NCBI RefSeq assembly: GCF_009914755.1
Contig: NC_060942.1
DNA: 64,000 nt
Direction: 5' to 3' (one strand)
Source of the DNA: the human T2T-CHM13v2.0 reference genome, Homo sapiens
Shown: positions 1 to 13,807 of the stretch, in pieces
How positions within the stretch are numbered: the stretch's first letter is position 1
How the letters are laid out: each line of letters starts with the position of its first letter
Translations under genes and position numbers: made by a program
The notes under the pieces: model-generated
Told to the model about the DNA's origin: nothing
What the model saw: only the letters and a program-made list of their open reading frames with translations
Database searches by the model: none

Positions 1-1224
1 TTATGTAGAATTTTAGTAGGATACAGGTTTTCTAGGCCATTATAGATCCCTTCAAACTTATTAAAGTGAAAAAAGCCAGGGATATACCATTGTTATTCAT
101 TTTTGCTGGGATTTTTCTCTACCGTTGAATCACTAGTTTAACCCTGACATTTTGGAATTTTATGAAGGACACTTTGAGATATGTGAAAGGGGTCACTCAA
201 AAGTAATAGCATATGTTATAATCATTTAAAAAACAAACAGTAACTATTCACAAAGTCTAGAAAATTGCGAACAAGTCTCAGTCTAATACATCTTTCCATA
301 ATACAGACACATTTTCCTTTCTATATTCTTCTCAGAGAGAATCCTTTCTTATCCCTTCACAAGACAGGACAAATGCACCACAATTTAACAACCAAAGGAA
401 ACAGAAGTAGATGCAGGAGGCAGGAAAAAGTAAATAATTAGAGAAAAAATAATGAAGGAATATAGCGTGCTGCGGTGTTTCGTCATTTCTGAGTGATGTA
501 GTTCATGTATTTCTTCATCTGCCCCCAAACTTTTTCTTTAGTTTGAGGGATGGTGAAGAGGAGTTATTACAAAAGTTAAACCAAAAATTTTAGAAGTTAT
601 TTTTTTCTCTTTCACTTTTTTTTTTTTTCAGTTCAACTAATATTGTCTAGGCTCCCAGACCATTGTGGCCCAAATCAGTTCTACATACAACCCACACAAA
701 TCATTCTTATCCTTTCTTATCCAGTTTTCTTACCCAGTTTTCTGAAACTCTCTCGGTAAAAATGCTAAGTAAATTCCAACATTAAGTTATGAAAATGATT
801 TAGGCTTGTATTTGCCCATTTCAAGGCCAATCTATTCTATTTTTATTTCTTAGTATTTTACACATTATTGTAATTATGATATTGAATTACATTTACTAAT
901 TGTATATCAATTATAATTACTTTAAATTTATTTTTATTTTTCAGTGTAGGATATTTCTCACTGCCAGAAATACAGGAATTAGAGATTCTTCTCTTGCTTT
1001 TCCTCATCATCTATTTCTGCTATCACAGTGATTATTAACTAATCATTCCCATCATACCTCTTAAGGCTCTATGAAACTCATCTTTTGTTTTCCATTACCT
1101 TAGCATATATTTTATTAAAAAATAAAAAGAAGTTGTGCTACAATGATGCCAAAATAACCCAATATTTAAATTTTTATTGGTTAGTTTGGTGTAACGTGTT
1201 CATTTCTTGCTTTGAATTTCACAG

Positions 1225-1412
1225 GGTCTTATCAATATAACGTCCCAGAGTCATTACCTGTAGCCTCAGTTGTGGCCAGAATTAAAGCTGCTGATGCAGA
1301 TATTGGAGCTAATGCTGAAATGGAGTACAAGATTGTGGATGGTGATGGTTTGGGCATTTTTAAGATTTCTGTTGACAAAGAAACCCAGGAAGGAATCATT
1401 ACTATACAGAAG
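1225..1412 (+). CDS. CDH7: Cadherin-7 coding exon (probably exon 6), first part of EC3
   Basis: Acceptor tttcacag|GG and donor AAG|gtaatg; 188 bp. Encodes SYQYNVPESLPVASVVARIKAADADIGANAEMEYKIVDGDG...GIITIQK with cadherin PE and AxDxDxG motifs; in frame with the next exon (ELDFE). Confidence 0.97.
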
Positions 1413-4220
1413 GTAATGTTTTCTTTATTTATCTTTTATCACAGATTACTGAGAAGTCCTTTCTGTTTGATGGGAGAATGTACTAGACAAACCGAATGGC
1501 CATATGGGACCATTACTATTTTAATTTTAGTAAGATAAGCTATGCATTTAATTTTTGGTGTCAGACTCTTAGGGAACCTTGAGTTACATTTGTAATAACA
1601 CCCATCAATTCTATTCTTTAAGAAACTCGCAGCCATTATCTATAGCACTATAAAAATAAAGCAAACTGGCAATGTGCTGTTTTAAAGACCTATTTGGAGA
1701 GATGAATATGTTTCTGCCTTGACTATTCCACTAATGAAACCCTAAATTCAACCAAAAGCCTGTGTATGCAAACAACAGATGCTATTATTTTCTCCATAAA
1801 TGAAAATAATATGATTTCAAGTGGAAACCAAAATGTTGAAAACTTGCTACATTACCAATTATTGCCATTTAAAATTTATAGTAATTGGAAGACTTGCATA
1901 TTTCGTACAAGAAAAGCATGAAAAGTTGTAAAACCTATCATACTTTCTACAGAGCGAGTGTGAAAGAGACAGAAAGTCAGTACAGCCCAAACTAAAGATT
2001 ATTTTCCATAATATATTTAAATTAGCTCTCAACACAGTTATGGGAGAAAATGGACTCTTTACTCTCTTTTCAATTTAGAGATATGACTTTTTACAGATAT
2101 TTAATCAAAAATAATAACTCAAAAGCTATTATTTCAAAACATAGTCTTAGTTTATCAACTATTTGAAACATTAAAAATATATCAATATCTTGACCCCTAA
2201 GATATGAAATTTTTTGTCAGTATGAAAATCCAGTGTATAACTTTGTAATTAATACTTTTCAATAATTAGCACATATCAATAAAAAAAGTGATATTTTATT
2301 TGTTATAGGAAAACATATGTTTGATTTCAGGCCAATGAGAAAAACATTTCTGCAATTATTTCCAGTGGACAGCTGCTGTTTTAGCTAAGCTGGTGACAAT
2401 CTGTGTATAAAAGTTTTAATAACTAGAGTAGGCCAACTGTTGGTAAAATGTTTTGTTTTGTTGCCTAAATTAAAAGGAATTCAGTAAGGTACAATGCTGC
2501 TCAAAGATTTCAAAGAGTCATCTGAAATCAATCTGTTCACATTCAAGAATTTTTAATGCAAATTGAAAGTTTTTATTGAACAAATACCTATATTTTATAT
2601 ATTATAATGAAGACAGCATGAATCTTTGAAAATTCTAAATTTAATATAAAATATTTGATTTAGTAAGGGAAAAGTAAAACTTGTTTTCTAATTTTATAAT
2701 ATCATTTCTGGAAATTTTAGAACATTGCTAGAAAAAGAGACAAAAAAACCTAGATTAAAAATTATGTCATCTAAGAGCATAAAACTCATTAAAAAATTGC
2801 AAGGAGAAATTTGATTCTAACTTATAACAATAGAAAAACATCACAAATAATCATTATTATTCTTATAGGTATCAATATCTGTCAGACTTTTCTTTTTGAG
2901 TAACTTAAAGGCTTTATTTTATTTTCTCAACAATCTCATGAAGCTATTATTAGGACCCTGAAAATATAGAAACATTATAAAATATTGAACAATGGAAGAA
3001 ATGGTAAATAATTTATATTATCATATTAAGGAATTTTCATCCATCATTGTAGTAATGTGGTGATGTTGTTTTTGCAAATGAATATGGAAAATTTTTATTC
3101 AAAAATTATTAAAAGGCAGTATCCAAACTTTTACAGTCTTTCACATTTTATGAAAATTGTATTTATACAGAATAACAGATTATAAGAAAAATGTTAAAAT
3201 GTTAATAGTATCATTTCTAAATCTTACCTTCACTGCTTTTTCAATAATATGTAACATTCAGTAGTTATTGTTATAATTGAAATGTTGTTAAATATATAAA
3301 AGAGTTATTCAAAGGCCAAATGGAAATAAATATCATTAAAAAAATCTCATTAAAAACACTGTATAATCTACTTTGACTGTTATTAGAGATCAAAATTATT
3401 TTACAAATGCAGAAATAAGTCACAGAGATGGTTTTCAGTGGGTTCAAATTTCGTGTATTGTTGAAGTTCTTAAGTTTGTGTATTGTTGAAGGTATTAAAA
3501 AATGTAATATTCTATTTAATAAATTATGATTTAAAATGATTCCAAATTTTTAAACATTTAGATTAATAGAATTTTTGGTTTTGATACAGAGATTCCTTAC
3601 TTCTGCCCAGAAATCTGAATGATGCTTTGAATCTAATAAAAATCAATCATTAGTTATTATTAAATATTTATTCATCAATCATTATATGAGAAGTTAGCTA
3701 AATATTTTAACAATTTTTTCACTGAATATGAGGTCAAAACTCCATTATTTTTAGTTGAGATTGTTAGCAACTAAAATTAAATTTTATTTTCCTAAATGAC
3801 TTCTAATACATAAATACTTGTCTAATTCTTTGTTTTGTTATATAACATCAAAGATTATTTAGGAAAAATTAAGCACACACAATGTACAGGAGAATCTTAA
3901 GAATCAATGGTGGTGAAAAATTTCATAATATTACTTCTGTGTCATAAGTAGCCAAGGTAAATTTTAATATGTAACGAAAGAATTCTTGTTCATCCTGAAT
4001 TACTATGGAGAACCAAACAGACTATCTAGCTATCAAAGGTCAAAAAAATAACATTTAGGTTAAATCCAGGGATTTTAAATACACCAGTAGACAGTTCAGA
4101 TGTTGAATGCTAACATGATTTTCCATATCATTTTGAGCCTAAACACACTGTTTATATGAACAATAATTTAGACTAAGAAGTTAGTCATAGTTTATTACTC
4201 TTAAAGGGGATTGCGCAAAC

Positions 4221-4489
4221 TTGCTTTCAGTTTTCTAATGTGCAAAGTAGATCTGATTTTTAAATTTTATCTTAATGTGGAGAATATATATACCATATTG
4301 AGGCAAAACCATTAGATTCTAAAAGTAAAATGATGTATAGCAACAGATGGCATGAACCTAAGCAGTATGGTCTGCAATTTTTATGTTCATTAATTCATCA
4401 TGATAGGATGCATGGGTGTTAAGACGAGATATCTGAAATTTTGCTGTTTGAAATAGTTAAAGATGTTTAAAAAATACCTATGGTGCTTT
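4221..4489 (+). repeat. Copy 1 of a ~270-bp local direct duplication
   Basis: Aligns to 5534-5687 (11 mismatches in 154 nt by manual count) and continues at ~5971-6091. Confidence 0.9.
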
Positions 4490-4927
4490 TATACAGTGCA
4501 GATAATATCAACATGGAAATAAATGAAAACAAAATCTCAGTTTTCCTCATGCTAAAAATCTTTAGGCTTAGCAAACATTACTTTTTTCTTTCTTCCTACC
4601 CTCCTCCTTCTCCACGTAGTTCTGAGTAGATACTAGATAGTGGGAAAATTAACTAGTATACAGGAGCTTAATTTTTATTTCCAAAGCTCCCTCCACCTCC
4701 AAACTAATTTTTAAAAATTTTACAAATTTTTATTATCTGTTAATATGTTCCAGTGTCCAGACAATCCTACTTTCTCATCCGTATTGGAATAAACAAACAT
4801 AAACAAATAATTTATGTAAGAGTTGACTAAAAATAGTGGAAATGATACATTTGCGTTTTACTGCAGTTTAAGCTTACTAATTACGAAGGTTTTCTTTTCA
4901 CTTGCAAAAATTGCTTATAGTGTTACA

Positions 4928-5285
4928 CAGTTGATCCTTAAAAACCATGAGTTTTAACTGAGTGAGTCCACTTATATATGGATTATTTTCTATAAATATA
5001 TTACTCTTTTTGGAAATTTGTGACAATCTGAAAATACTCACAGATGACTTATGTAGCCTAGAGATCTTGAACATTTTGAGAAAAAATTGGTATGTATTAA
5101 ATGCCTAAAATATATGAAGATATTAGACTGTTTATGTGTTAATAGAATAATTGTGTTATCAGTAAGGCTTCTGGTCAACAGTAGGATATTAGTAGTTAAG
5201 TTTTGAGCGATCCAAAGTTATACACAGATTTTTGGCTGTGTCGGTGGTGGTTCTCCTAACCCCTATGTTTTTCAGGGGTCAGTTG
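4928..5285 (+). mobile_element. Tigger2-family (TcMar-Tigger) non-autonomous DNA transposon
   Basis: Ends cagttgatcctt...aggggtcagttg form TIRs, followed by TA; internal gtccacttata..ggatt matches the Tigger2/MER28 consensus. Confidence 0.75.
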
Positions 5286-5533
5286 TATATTCATCTCGTT
5301 TTTAGATGAAAATTTACCATTAATTCATAATTTTCTTATTCTCAGCAATTATTTTATTAATTCATTGAAATATGTAATTCACAGTTTATGTGTAGCTTCT
5401 ATGCCTCTTACCCTGTACTTGGTTCCAGAATAATCCAGGGTTTGTCCTGTTATCCTCAAACATTGTTCATATTCTAACTCTTTCTATGAACTTCAAAGAA
5501 CTATTGGATGCCTAGAATTGAGATCTCTTAAAT

Positions 5534-5690
5534 TTGCTTTCAGTTTTCTAATGTGCAAAATAGATCTGATTTTTAAGTTTTATCTTAATGTGGAGAATAT
5601 ATTTACCATTCTGAGACAGAACCATTAGATTCTAAAAGTGAAATAATGTATAGCAACAGAAGGCATAAACCTAAGCAGTATGGTCTGTCA

Positions 5691-5732
<42 letters not shown>

Positions 5733-6091
5733 GAGATGGGGTCTCGCTTTGTCGCCCAGGCTGGAGTGCAGTGGTGTCATCTGGGCTCACTGCAAGCTCC
5801 GCCTCCCGGGTTCACGCCATTCTCCTGCCTCATCCTCCTGAGCAGCTGGGACCACAGGCGCCCGCCACTACTCCTGGCTAATTTTTGTATTTTTAGTAGA
5901 GACGGGGTTTCACCGTGTTAGCCAGGATGGTCTCGATCTCCTGAACTTGTGATCCGCCCGCCTGGTCTGTAAAATTTTTATGATCATTAACTCATCAGGA
6001 TAGGATACATGTGTATTAAGATGAGATATCTGAAACGTTGCTGTTTGAAATAGGTAAAATTAAAAAAAAAAAAAAAAAACTTGTGGTGCTT
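5534..6091 (+). repeat. Copy 2 of the local duplication, interrupted by an Alu
   Basis: Same sequence as 4221-4489, split by the Alu at 5691-5962. Confidence 0.9.
5691..5962 (-). mobile_element. AluY, 5'-truncated, with a (TTTTG)n tail
   Basis: AluY diagnostics gcaagctccgcctcccgggttcacgccattctcc and ccgtgttagccaggatggtctcgatctcc; TSD-like tggtctgt at 5681-5688 and 5963-5970. Confidence 0.92.
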
Positions 6092-6370
6092 CAGACTCAT
6101 ATTTGCCAGATATGTATTTCACTGTTCCTCAGTTTCACTCAACAATCTAGAGCAGTCACTAAACTACTTGTAATTCCTGGAGAACAACGTAAAGTTTTTT
6201 CCAGTTCTTCAAACCTCCCCCTGCCTGTTGACTCCCCTGCACTCTGCTTTCGTGCCCCCTTACCATACTCATCTTTTGAGTCTAAAAAATCCCTCCTATT
6301 TTTCCTTTAAACAATAAACAGAAGAAGCACAGCGCCTGTACCAGCAAGATGCATTTTTTTTCAAGGAAGG

Positions 6371-6372
<2 letters not shown>

Positions 6373-6418
<46 letters not shown>
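6373..6418. repeat. (GT)n microsatellite, ~23 units
   Basis: Read directly. Confidence 0.95.
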
Positions 6419-6420
<2 letters not shown>

Positions 6421-7110
6421 TCAATCATGGGAACTGGTCTAATCATGGAATGTAGATGTCCCAGTTCCATAAATATTCTGATTTTTTTCATAGACTTAGC
6501 TGTGGCCACAAGGATTGAATAAATATCCAAGGCTCTGTAGAAGTGTCCAGGAGAGCTCAGGCCCCATCTGTCAGCCAACTGGTCAGTCCTACCAGGGCTT
6601 TCAAAGATTTGAACATGCCCTGGGGAAGAAGTTGAATAGTGGATTCATAACAATGTTTTTCTCAGGTAGACAAGAGAAAGTGGCACAGAGGTAATCACCT
6701 GTGCAGAGACTTCACTTATGAGATAACCTGCTAAATACAGAAAGAACCGGGGCAATTTCTTTGGAGGATAATGAGGAAGGGAATGTGGGCAACAGATGAG
6801 GTAATGTAAATGAGAGGGCTCTTAATGCTCCTTCACAAAACTGCTGTTGGTAAATAGGAATATATATGTACAGTGCTTTGCAAATAGAGTGGATTACACA
6901 TAATACATATTGTAAGACATTTTAAGTGCAGCTCAATAAAATATGAGTAGAAAATTAAAATATTTGCTTATTTCTCTTGAACACTTATTCATGGAAGTGC
7001 CTGTGATAACTTTAATTCATTTCAAGTCTTTCACTTCTTTTCAAAGGACTGTATTACAATGAATATCAATATTTATTCAAATTGTTATTACTTTCCTGGT
7101 TATAAATACA

Positions 7111-7325
7111 TTTCCTTCCTCCCTTCCTTCCTTCCTTCCTCCCTTCCTTCCTTCTTTCCTTCCTCTCTCTCTCCTTCCTTCCCTCTCTCCTTCCCTCCCC
7201 CCTTCCCTTTCCTTCCCTTCCCTTCGCTTCCCTTCCCTTCCTTCTTTCCTGTCTTTCTCTCTCTCTCTTCCTTTCCTTTCCTTTCCTTTCCTTTCTTTTC
7301 CTTCTCTTTCTTTCTTTTTCTTCTT

Positions 7326-7359
<34 letters not shown>

Positions 7360-7397
7360 CCTCTTTCTTTTCTGTCTCTCTTTTCTTATTCTTTCTT
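7111..7397. repeat. Polypyrimidine compound microsatellite (CCTT/CTTTC/CT/TTTC)
   Basis: ~285 nt almost entirely C/T on the + strand. Confidence 0.95.
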
Positions 7398-10300
7398 AGC
7401 CTTGAGGTCATTTTAAGTTTTTTTCCTTGCCTCTTCCTGTCATGATAGCTCTTGGCTGTTTATTTTCCCTTTGACATTATCCTAAGCTTAGTGATCGTTG
7501 CTTCACCTCTAAGTTATTTTTATGTCCCCCACACCTAGCTCATAGCCTGCGTCTAGCTTCTTCATTTTTAAATACATCTTTTTAAAAAATTGCTGTTTAA
7601 AACTCAAAACTATATATTTTTATTATTCCAGCTAGTCTTAAAAGAATCTACCTTACACTCAGGGAATAAGACAGAATAATACCAGCAATTCAAAGGAAGC
7701 AGTGAAATAATTATGATAGAATGATGATATTATATACTTAGAAATTATAAAATAATTTATTACAATTTTGTCAAATTAATGAGAACTTTCATTAATGAGA
7801 GCTACAAAACAAGTTAAAAATCAATACTTTCCCTATATGTACTTCATGAGAACATTGGTGTGAGTTTCTGGGCTTAATCTAACCATGGAAGAGCAACCTG
7901 TGAGTACCTATGTAAGGAATATCCATCACTCTCATTCACATCCCTGAAACCTTCCATCTTAAAAGAACGCGATCTGCTGGCCCAACAAAGGCAGGCTTTA
8001 CCGCCAAATCCAAGTGTCTTTCCATCATGAGGTCAAAAGTATCTCTATACTCAATTTCAGAAGAAAATATTTGCTTACCATTTTGTAACTAGAGTTTATT
8101 TGGAGTTGTTTTCCCAGAATCAAGGAAGTCTTGTTCTTAAGATTTCCTCAGTCTGAACTAACAGTTTACTGTTTGTGGCCCTAACAAAACAGGATTTTGA
8201 TTTTCAGTTCTACTTACCAAGATTTCAATAAACATGGAGGCTACATTATACCCTAGACAAAACTTTTCCAGGGAGCTTTCACAGCAACAGGAATCTGCAG
8301 AACAATAAATGAGTCCCCTAATTTCCATATTCTTTCCCTACCAGAAAGTAGTGGCATTGTCTGTGAAATTTAGAATGGATTTTTGAATCCGAGTTGGAAG
8401 ACTAAAAGCCAGAAATTCTGAAGAAAAAAAAAAAAAGATAAATTTGGCCTCCTTTTATTACCCCAGAGTATTTTTAAAATTATACCGAGATAAACAATGG
8501 AATGCTATGGACAGTCCACCAAAACGAACAGTTTTTTGGTTGGTCTCCCAGTCCCTTCTCCGCATAAGAAAACATTTACAACCAGACATTGCTCAGATGT
8601 TGACAAGATTTTTGTTAAAGTCATAAATGTATTTGTTCTGGTGGTTCTGAATGTCTACATATTACTTCACATTTGGACAATAAAGCTTTAATGTCCATCT
8701 GGATAGAGTCATTTCTATTGTAATTAGATTATTTTCTACCTGTGGACTGTGCTTGATAATCATCTGAATTTATTTTCTCTCTATACTATAATAAAACTTT
8801 GGTCCATATCCTTTTCATAAATAATGTACTATTATATGTATAATAAGATGTATTCCAGTTTGTGAAAATTATCATTGTATTTTGCTACATTTGAATGTAT
8901 TATACTTGGCATAGAATTCTTTTAGAATCAGGAAGAGAAAAGCAGAAAAAAATCCTTTTTAAAATATATATTTGAAAAAAGAATAAATAGAGAAAATGAA
9001 AAAATGCTGTTGGTTATTCTATTACTGTTCCAATATCTTATACAGAAAATGTTTATTAATATGACAAAATATGCAGAATCCACAAGGCTAAAGATTGCTG
9101 TAAATAATGGCATAGAGTTTTTATGATTTAATCACTCTTATACTTTAAGAATAAACCTGATTATATAGTTTAAATATAAAAATGATGATGAAATTTTCAT
9201 CTTAAACAGTTAAAGCAATGCAAATGCTATTCCTTGACCATTTATGAATGTTTCTATGATAACCTTTATAACCAGTTAAATAGGATTTCAAACTTTACAA
9301 AGAGTAAACATAAAGATTATCACATTTGAGTGAATATAGTTTTTGTTTCACCTAGAATTCTTTCTTTTTACATTTGCTATCATAACTTAAAATTAGGTAC
9401 TTTAGTCTTTTTTAATTTTTTTCTTTAATATATGGAAGTCTTTCCTCTAATGTACCTCAGTTTTCAATATAAGTCTTCAGTTGTGATTAAATATGGAATT
9501 TTTTTCTATAAAATGCATTACTATGGAGTTACTATAGAGTAAAAAAAATGAGCATTTTCAAAATTAATTCCCTATGAAAGATAACTATGCATCCGGTATC
9601 TGACATGTGATTTATTTGGTGGTCCACTTTGTCACACTATGAAGACATTTAGGCTTTTAAAGGCTAATTTTGCTGTGCTAGATTCAAAATATGCTCATAT
9701 CCATACCCTATGAAAGGCTGAATGAAGTCAAAATAATACAGCATTATGTGGAGGTGTTAATAATGCTGTCTACCTGCCATTCACTGCCCTAAGTTAGATA
9801 GCACAGTGGCCTTCCAGCCTTCAACTCAAGCTGCACAGATGTGGACTACCTGGGGTTTACTGTCTTGTACTGAAATGTGTCTTTTGCCTATTACTTGTAA
9901 TATTGAGGTCTAATTTCTACAATCAAATATGTATTTCATTTAGTATTTCATAAATGTTGCTGATATGTGGTGAGAGAGAATCAAACCAAGGTTAATGCCA
10001 ATTTATTTTTCTTCCTCTCATTAATTTTTTTCTTTCAAACATTTTATTCAATTAATCCTGCTGCTCAGGATGCATATTTCTTAAAATTGAGCAATGACAT
10101 TGCTCTCATTTGACTGTGAAAAGGCATAAATTTTGGATTATTTTAGTTTTAAGGGCCGAGATAATTTGGTGAGCTTCTGAACTTCAGATTATATTTTCCA
10201 CTTAATTCAATCATTGTTACTATGTATATAAGTATATACTAGCATACTTTAATCATTATGTGTATGTGTTTGTGTATATAGGCTTATTATCTGCTTATTA

Positions 10301-11493
10301 AGGTATAAATTTACCTGTGCTTGAGTAGTCAAGAGTAGAGATGAACATAGAGTTTTATAAAAAGATAAGAAATTAACATTCTTTGAAGAAAATGATACTA
10401 ATTTACATGTCGACATGTTTGACCTGATCAAAAGGCACTGACTTTGTTCACTTAGGATTATTTCAGCTTTTGTTGATTTTGTTCACTTAAGAGTATTTCA
10501 GCTTCTGTTTGATTTTTTAAAATTTTGATAGTGATTATAGCAGTATTCTCAGAATATGTGTATATCAAAGATGTTTTCCAGTGAGTCCATTATGGAATTT
10601 ATTTTGCTGAGTACAAGTCACAGATCATGTAAAATTGTCCTTCCTTTCCCCCCTGCCCTCCCATGGCGTGTTGATTCCTAGGTCAATTTCGGTGGGTAGG
10701 ATTCCAAGAAAGAGATATTTAAGAAATAGATAGGAGAGAATTTAATAATTGTATAAGGAAGGTTAAAAGGAGAATTTAAAGACATAGCCAGTATTTCTAG
10801 TTTGTGTAACTAGCTGAATACTTGCATTGTTCTTTGAGAATGGAATGGAGATGTGTAGGATGGCTTGGAACAAGTGATGTTTGGTGCACTGTAATAGCAA
10901 GGTAAATATGTCTAAGAAGTCATGAATATAGGTCTGTAGTTCAAGGAAAAGCTCTATAGTACATTCTTATGTCTAGGAGTTATATGCACATGCATGGCAA
11001 TCAAAGAGACCATTGATAAAATCCATGGAGGGCACAAATGAAATGATGAAAAGAAGGCTTTAGACATTTCTTGGTGAAACTGAACAATTTAAGTTAGCAT
11101 GGCAAAGAAAGACTCAGAGAAGGCAAACTGTTTTTTTCTTCCAGAATTAAGATATTTTAAGAGGGGTTAAAAATAACTTATCAAAAAGACTAACAAACAA
11201 AGTTTTATATTTAGATGAATAGAAGAAATTGCATATGTTATCAATAGAAGAGAGAATTGATGGATCGTGACATCTATGATAAGTAGTAATGATGGGACAT
11301 AACAGATAAGGCAAAGATTAGAATAGTCAAGGAACTGGAGCTCTTGCTGAGTTCAAAGAAATTCCCATGTCGAGATCTGACTTCTTCCCGACTGTTTAAT
11401 TTGGCCATTTCAAGTTTATTTTGGTTCATTTTATCTGGATATGCTGCCATCACCTGACAAAAACTGGTCACCAACTCTCATTCTCTTTCTATC

Positions 11494-11935
11494 TGTGGTT
11501 GTATCAACTACCTTATTTCTTAATAAATCATCCCCAAACCTGGTGCTTTAATTTCCTTAGCTCATGATTTTGTGGGTCAGTAATTTGGCCTGGGCTCAGT
11601 AGGATATTTTTATGCTGGTCTTAAGTGGGCTCACACATGCATCAGCTATTGGTCAGCATGGTGGCTCTGCCTCTATGGAGGTGGCTGGCTGTCTGCCTGG
11701 AAAACAAGGGGCCTGGACCTCTGCCTCCCATCATCCCATGGGCTACCTGGGCTGGTTCCAAGAATGGTAAGAACAGAGGTTGTATGGTCTTTTGAGGCTG
11801 TTTGACAGAATTGACATGTCATCATTTCTGCCACATTGTATTGACCCAAGCAAGACACAGGACAACCTAGATTCAGGTAGTGAAGGGAAAAAAGCATCCC
11901 TGAGAAGAAAGAAGCAATAAAGTATTGTGGACACA
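11494..11935 (-). mobile_element. Old MaLR LTR (MLT1 family)
   Basis: Motifs ccccaaac..tgg..ttaa, ctcatgattttgtgggtcag..ggctgggctcag and catttctgccacatt..attg..caagcaag resemble the antisense MLT1 consensus. Confidence 0.6.
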
Positions 11936-12406
11936 GGGAAAGTGGGAAAAATATGTTGAGTTCCAGCGCTGCTCCAGAGAGACTAACTAACCTTCAGGTT
12001 ATACTTCATGAAATGGCCAAGGAAATACTGAATCTCAGTTCTGCCCACTTCCCTCATCATCCTTTCTCCTCTATTAGCCTATCTCATAAAATCATTTTAT
12101 TGATCAAGGTCAGTTAAGATTTGCCACTGTTTGATGAAGCGTTCCAGGAAAACATATGCTAAGTTGTCTTCAGGTCATAATGTGGATTCTGCTTCCCAGA
12201 CAATGTATGAAACCCTCTAGAAGTTATTGGGTACAGCTATAGTGCATGCTGGAAAATGTTGACCTCAGCGTAGTAAGGGAATTGGCCTGAGCTGTAAGGT
12301 AAACCAGGTTTTAGATGCTGGGCAGAAATGCAGTCCTTTCCAAGGCTTGTTTTCTACTTTATGCTTATAAAATCAAAACAGACTACCTAAGTTCAGAGTA
12401 GGAGGC

Positions 12407-12860
12407 TGTGGTAGACACAATAATGCCTCCTCCTCAAAAAGATATTCACAGAATATGTGAACGTTTTACCTTATGTGGTAAAGTGAATTTTGGAAACGTG
12501 ATTAAGTTACGGAGCTTAATGGGAACATTATCCTGGATCACATAATTGGGTGCAGTATAATCACAAGGCTCCTTAAAGAGGAAAGAAGGATGAGTCAGTG
12601 TTATAAAAAAGAGATACAGTAACGGAACCCAAGCTTGGAGTGATGCACTTTGAAGATGGAGGAGGAGGCTATGAGCCAAGAATACATGCAGCTTTTGGAC
12701 ACTGGAACAATTCTTCCCCGAAGCCTCCAGAAAGAATGAAGCTCTGCCAACACCTTGATTTTAGACTTCTGACCTCCAAAACTATAAAGCAACAAATTTC
12801 TTTTTTAAGCCACTAAGATTTTGGTAATTTGTTACTGTAGCAGTATGAAATTAATTAATG
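12407..12860 (+). mobile_element. MaLR LTR, MLT1C/D-like
   Basis: tgtggtag..aataatg start, ccttgattttagacttctgacctcca, and a ttaagccactaag..tttggtaatttgttac 3' end. Confidence 0.8.
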
Positions 12861-13807
12861 CAGAAGTCAAAATGGAACATTTCTATGGGGGCGAAAGCTG
12901 ATCCAGACAGGAGAACAGAAGAGAGAAAGGAAGACACTCGTTAACTAAGTATGAATAAGAATCTGGATAGGCAGAGCCTATTTTAAACTGTGCTAAGTTT
13001 AAAATAATACGTGATGGCTGTGGTTACTTTGATGATAATATTCCTCAATATTAACTTGTGTTACTAGATGATGAAAATAATATCTCCTGATATGTATATC
13101 ATTATTGTATTCCTGATCATATCTTTGTATAATTTATGGTTTTAGACTGCAATCATTTCTGCAATTATTCATTGTATTTTGTTTCAACCTACCTTTGGAG
13201 CACTGGCACTTTCTATCTACTGGTAATAATCCATTTGCAAGCTGCAAATGTTTGTTCATGTTCTGTCCTAATATCTGTGTTCAAGTATAATTAAAATAAT
13301 AATAATAATAATAATGACTGTCATAAAAGTATAAAATGGACCTGGAGACAACCAGTAATCTCTTTTGCTTATTCTAAATTTGCTTACACTTATTTTACTG
13401 TTTTTCAGGTAATTTGTTTAGCCTTAGATATTTTTTCTTTGTAAATCAGTAAATCTCTATTTTATTCAAAAATAATCATATCTATTGTAGATTTGTAAGA
13501 TTAATAAAGTTAGGATCTTTTTATAAGAATCTCAAGTCTAGTACAGTTAGAAAGATAAGAAAGTATCAGTCTGGCTGCAGAGAATACACAGAGCTGGCAA
13601 GACCTCCAGAGCTCTTCTCCCCCCATAACCCATAGACCTCTATGAATGCATCAACAGTGTGCACCTAGGTAGAACATAGTATTTATTGTTTATATATTAT
13701 CTTTCTCTCACCTTCTTCTGTAGAAAATATAATTTCTTGCTAAAATTCATGAGTCACAAAAATTTCAAAATAGAGCCCTCATCTACCTACTAAGATCACT
13801 TGCTGCT

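Noticed and set aside
1212-1538. 108-aa ORF as a standalone gene
   Set aside because: Only 1225-1412 is cadherin-like and splice-bounded; the TTG start and the tail are intronic.
7059-7445. 128-aa F/S/L/P-rich and 103-aa K/E/R-rich ORFs
   Set aside because: Translations of the CT-rich microsatellite.
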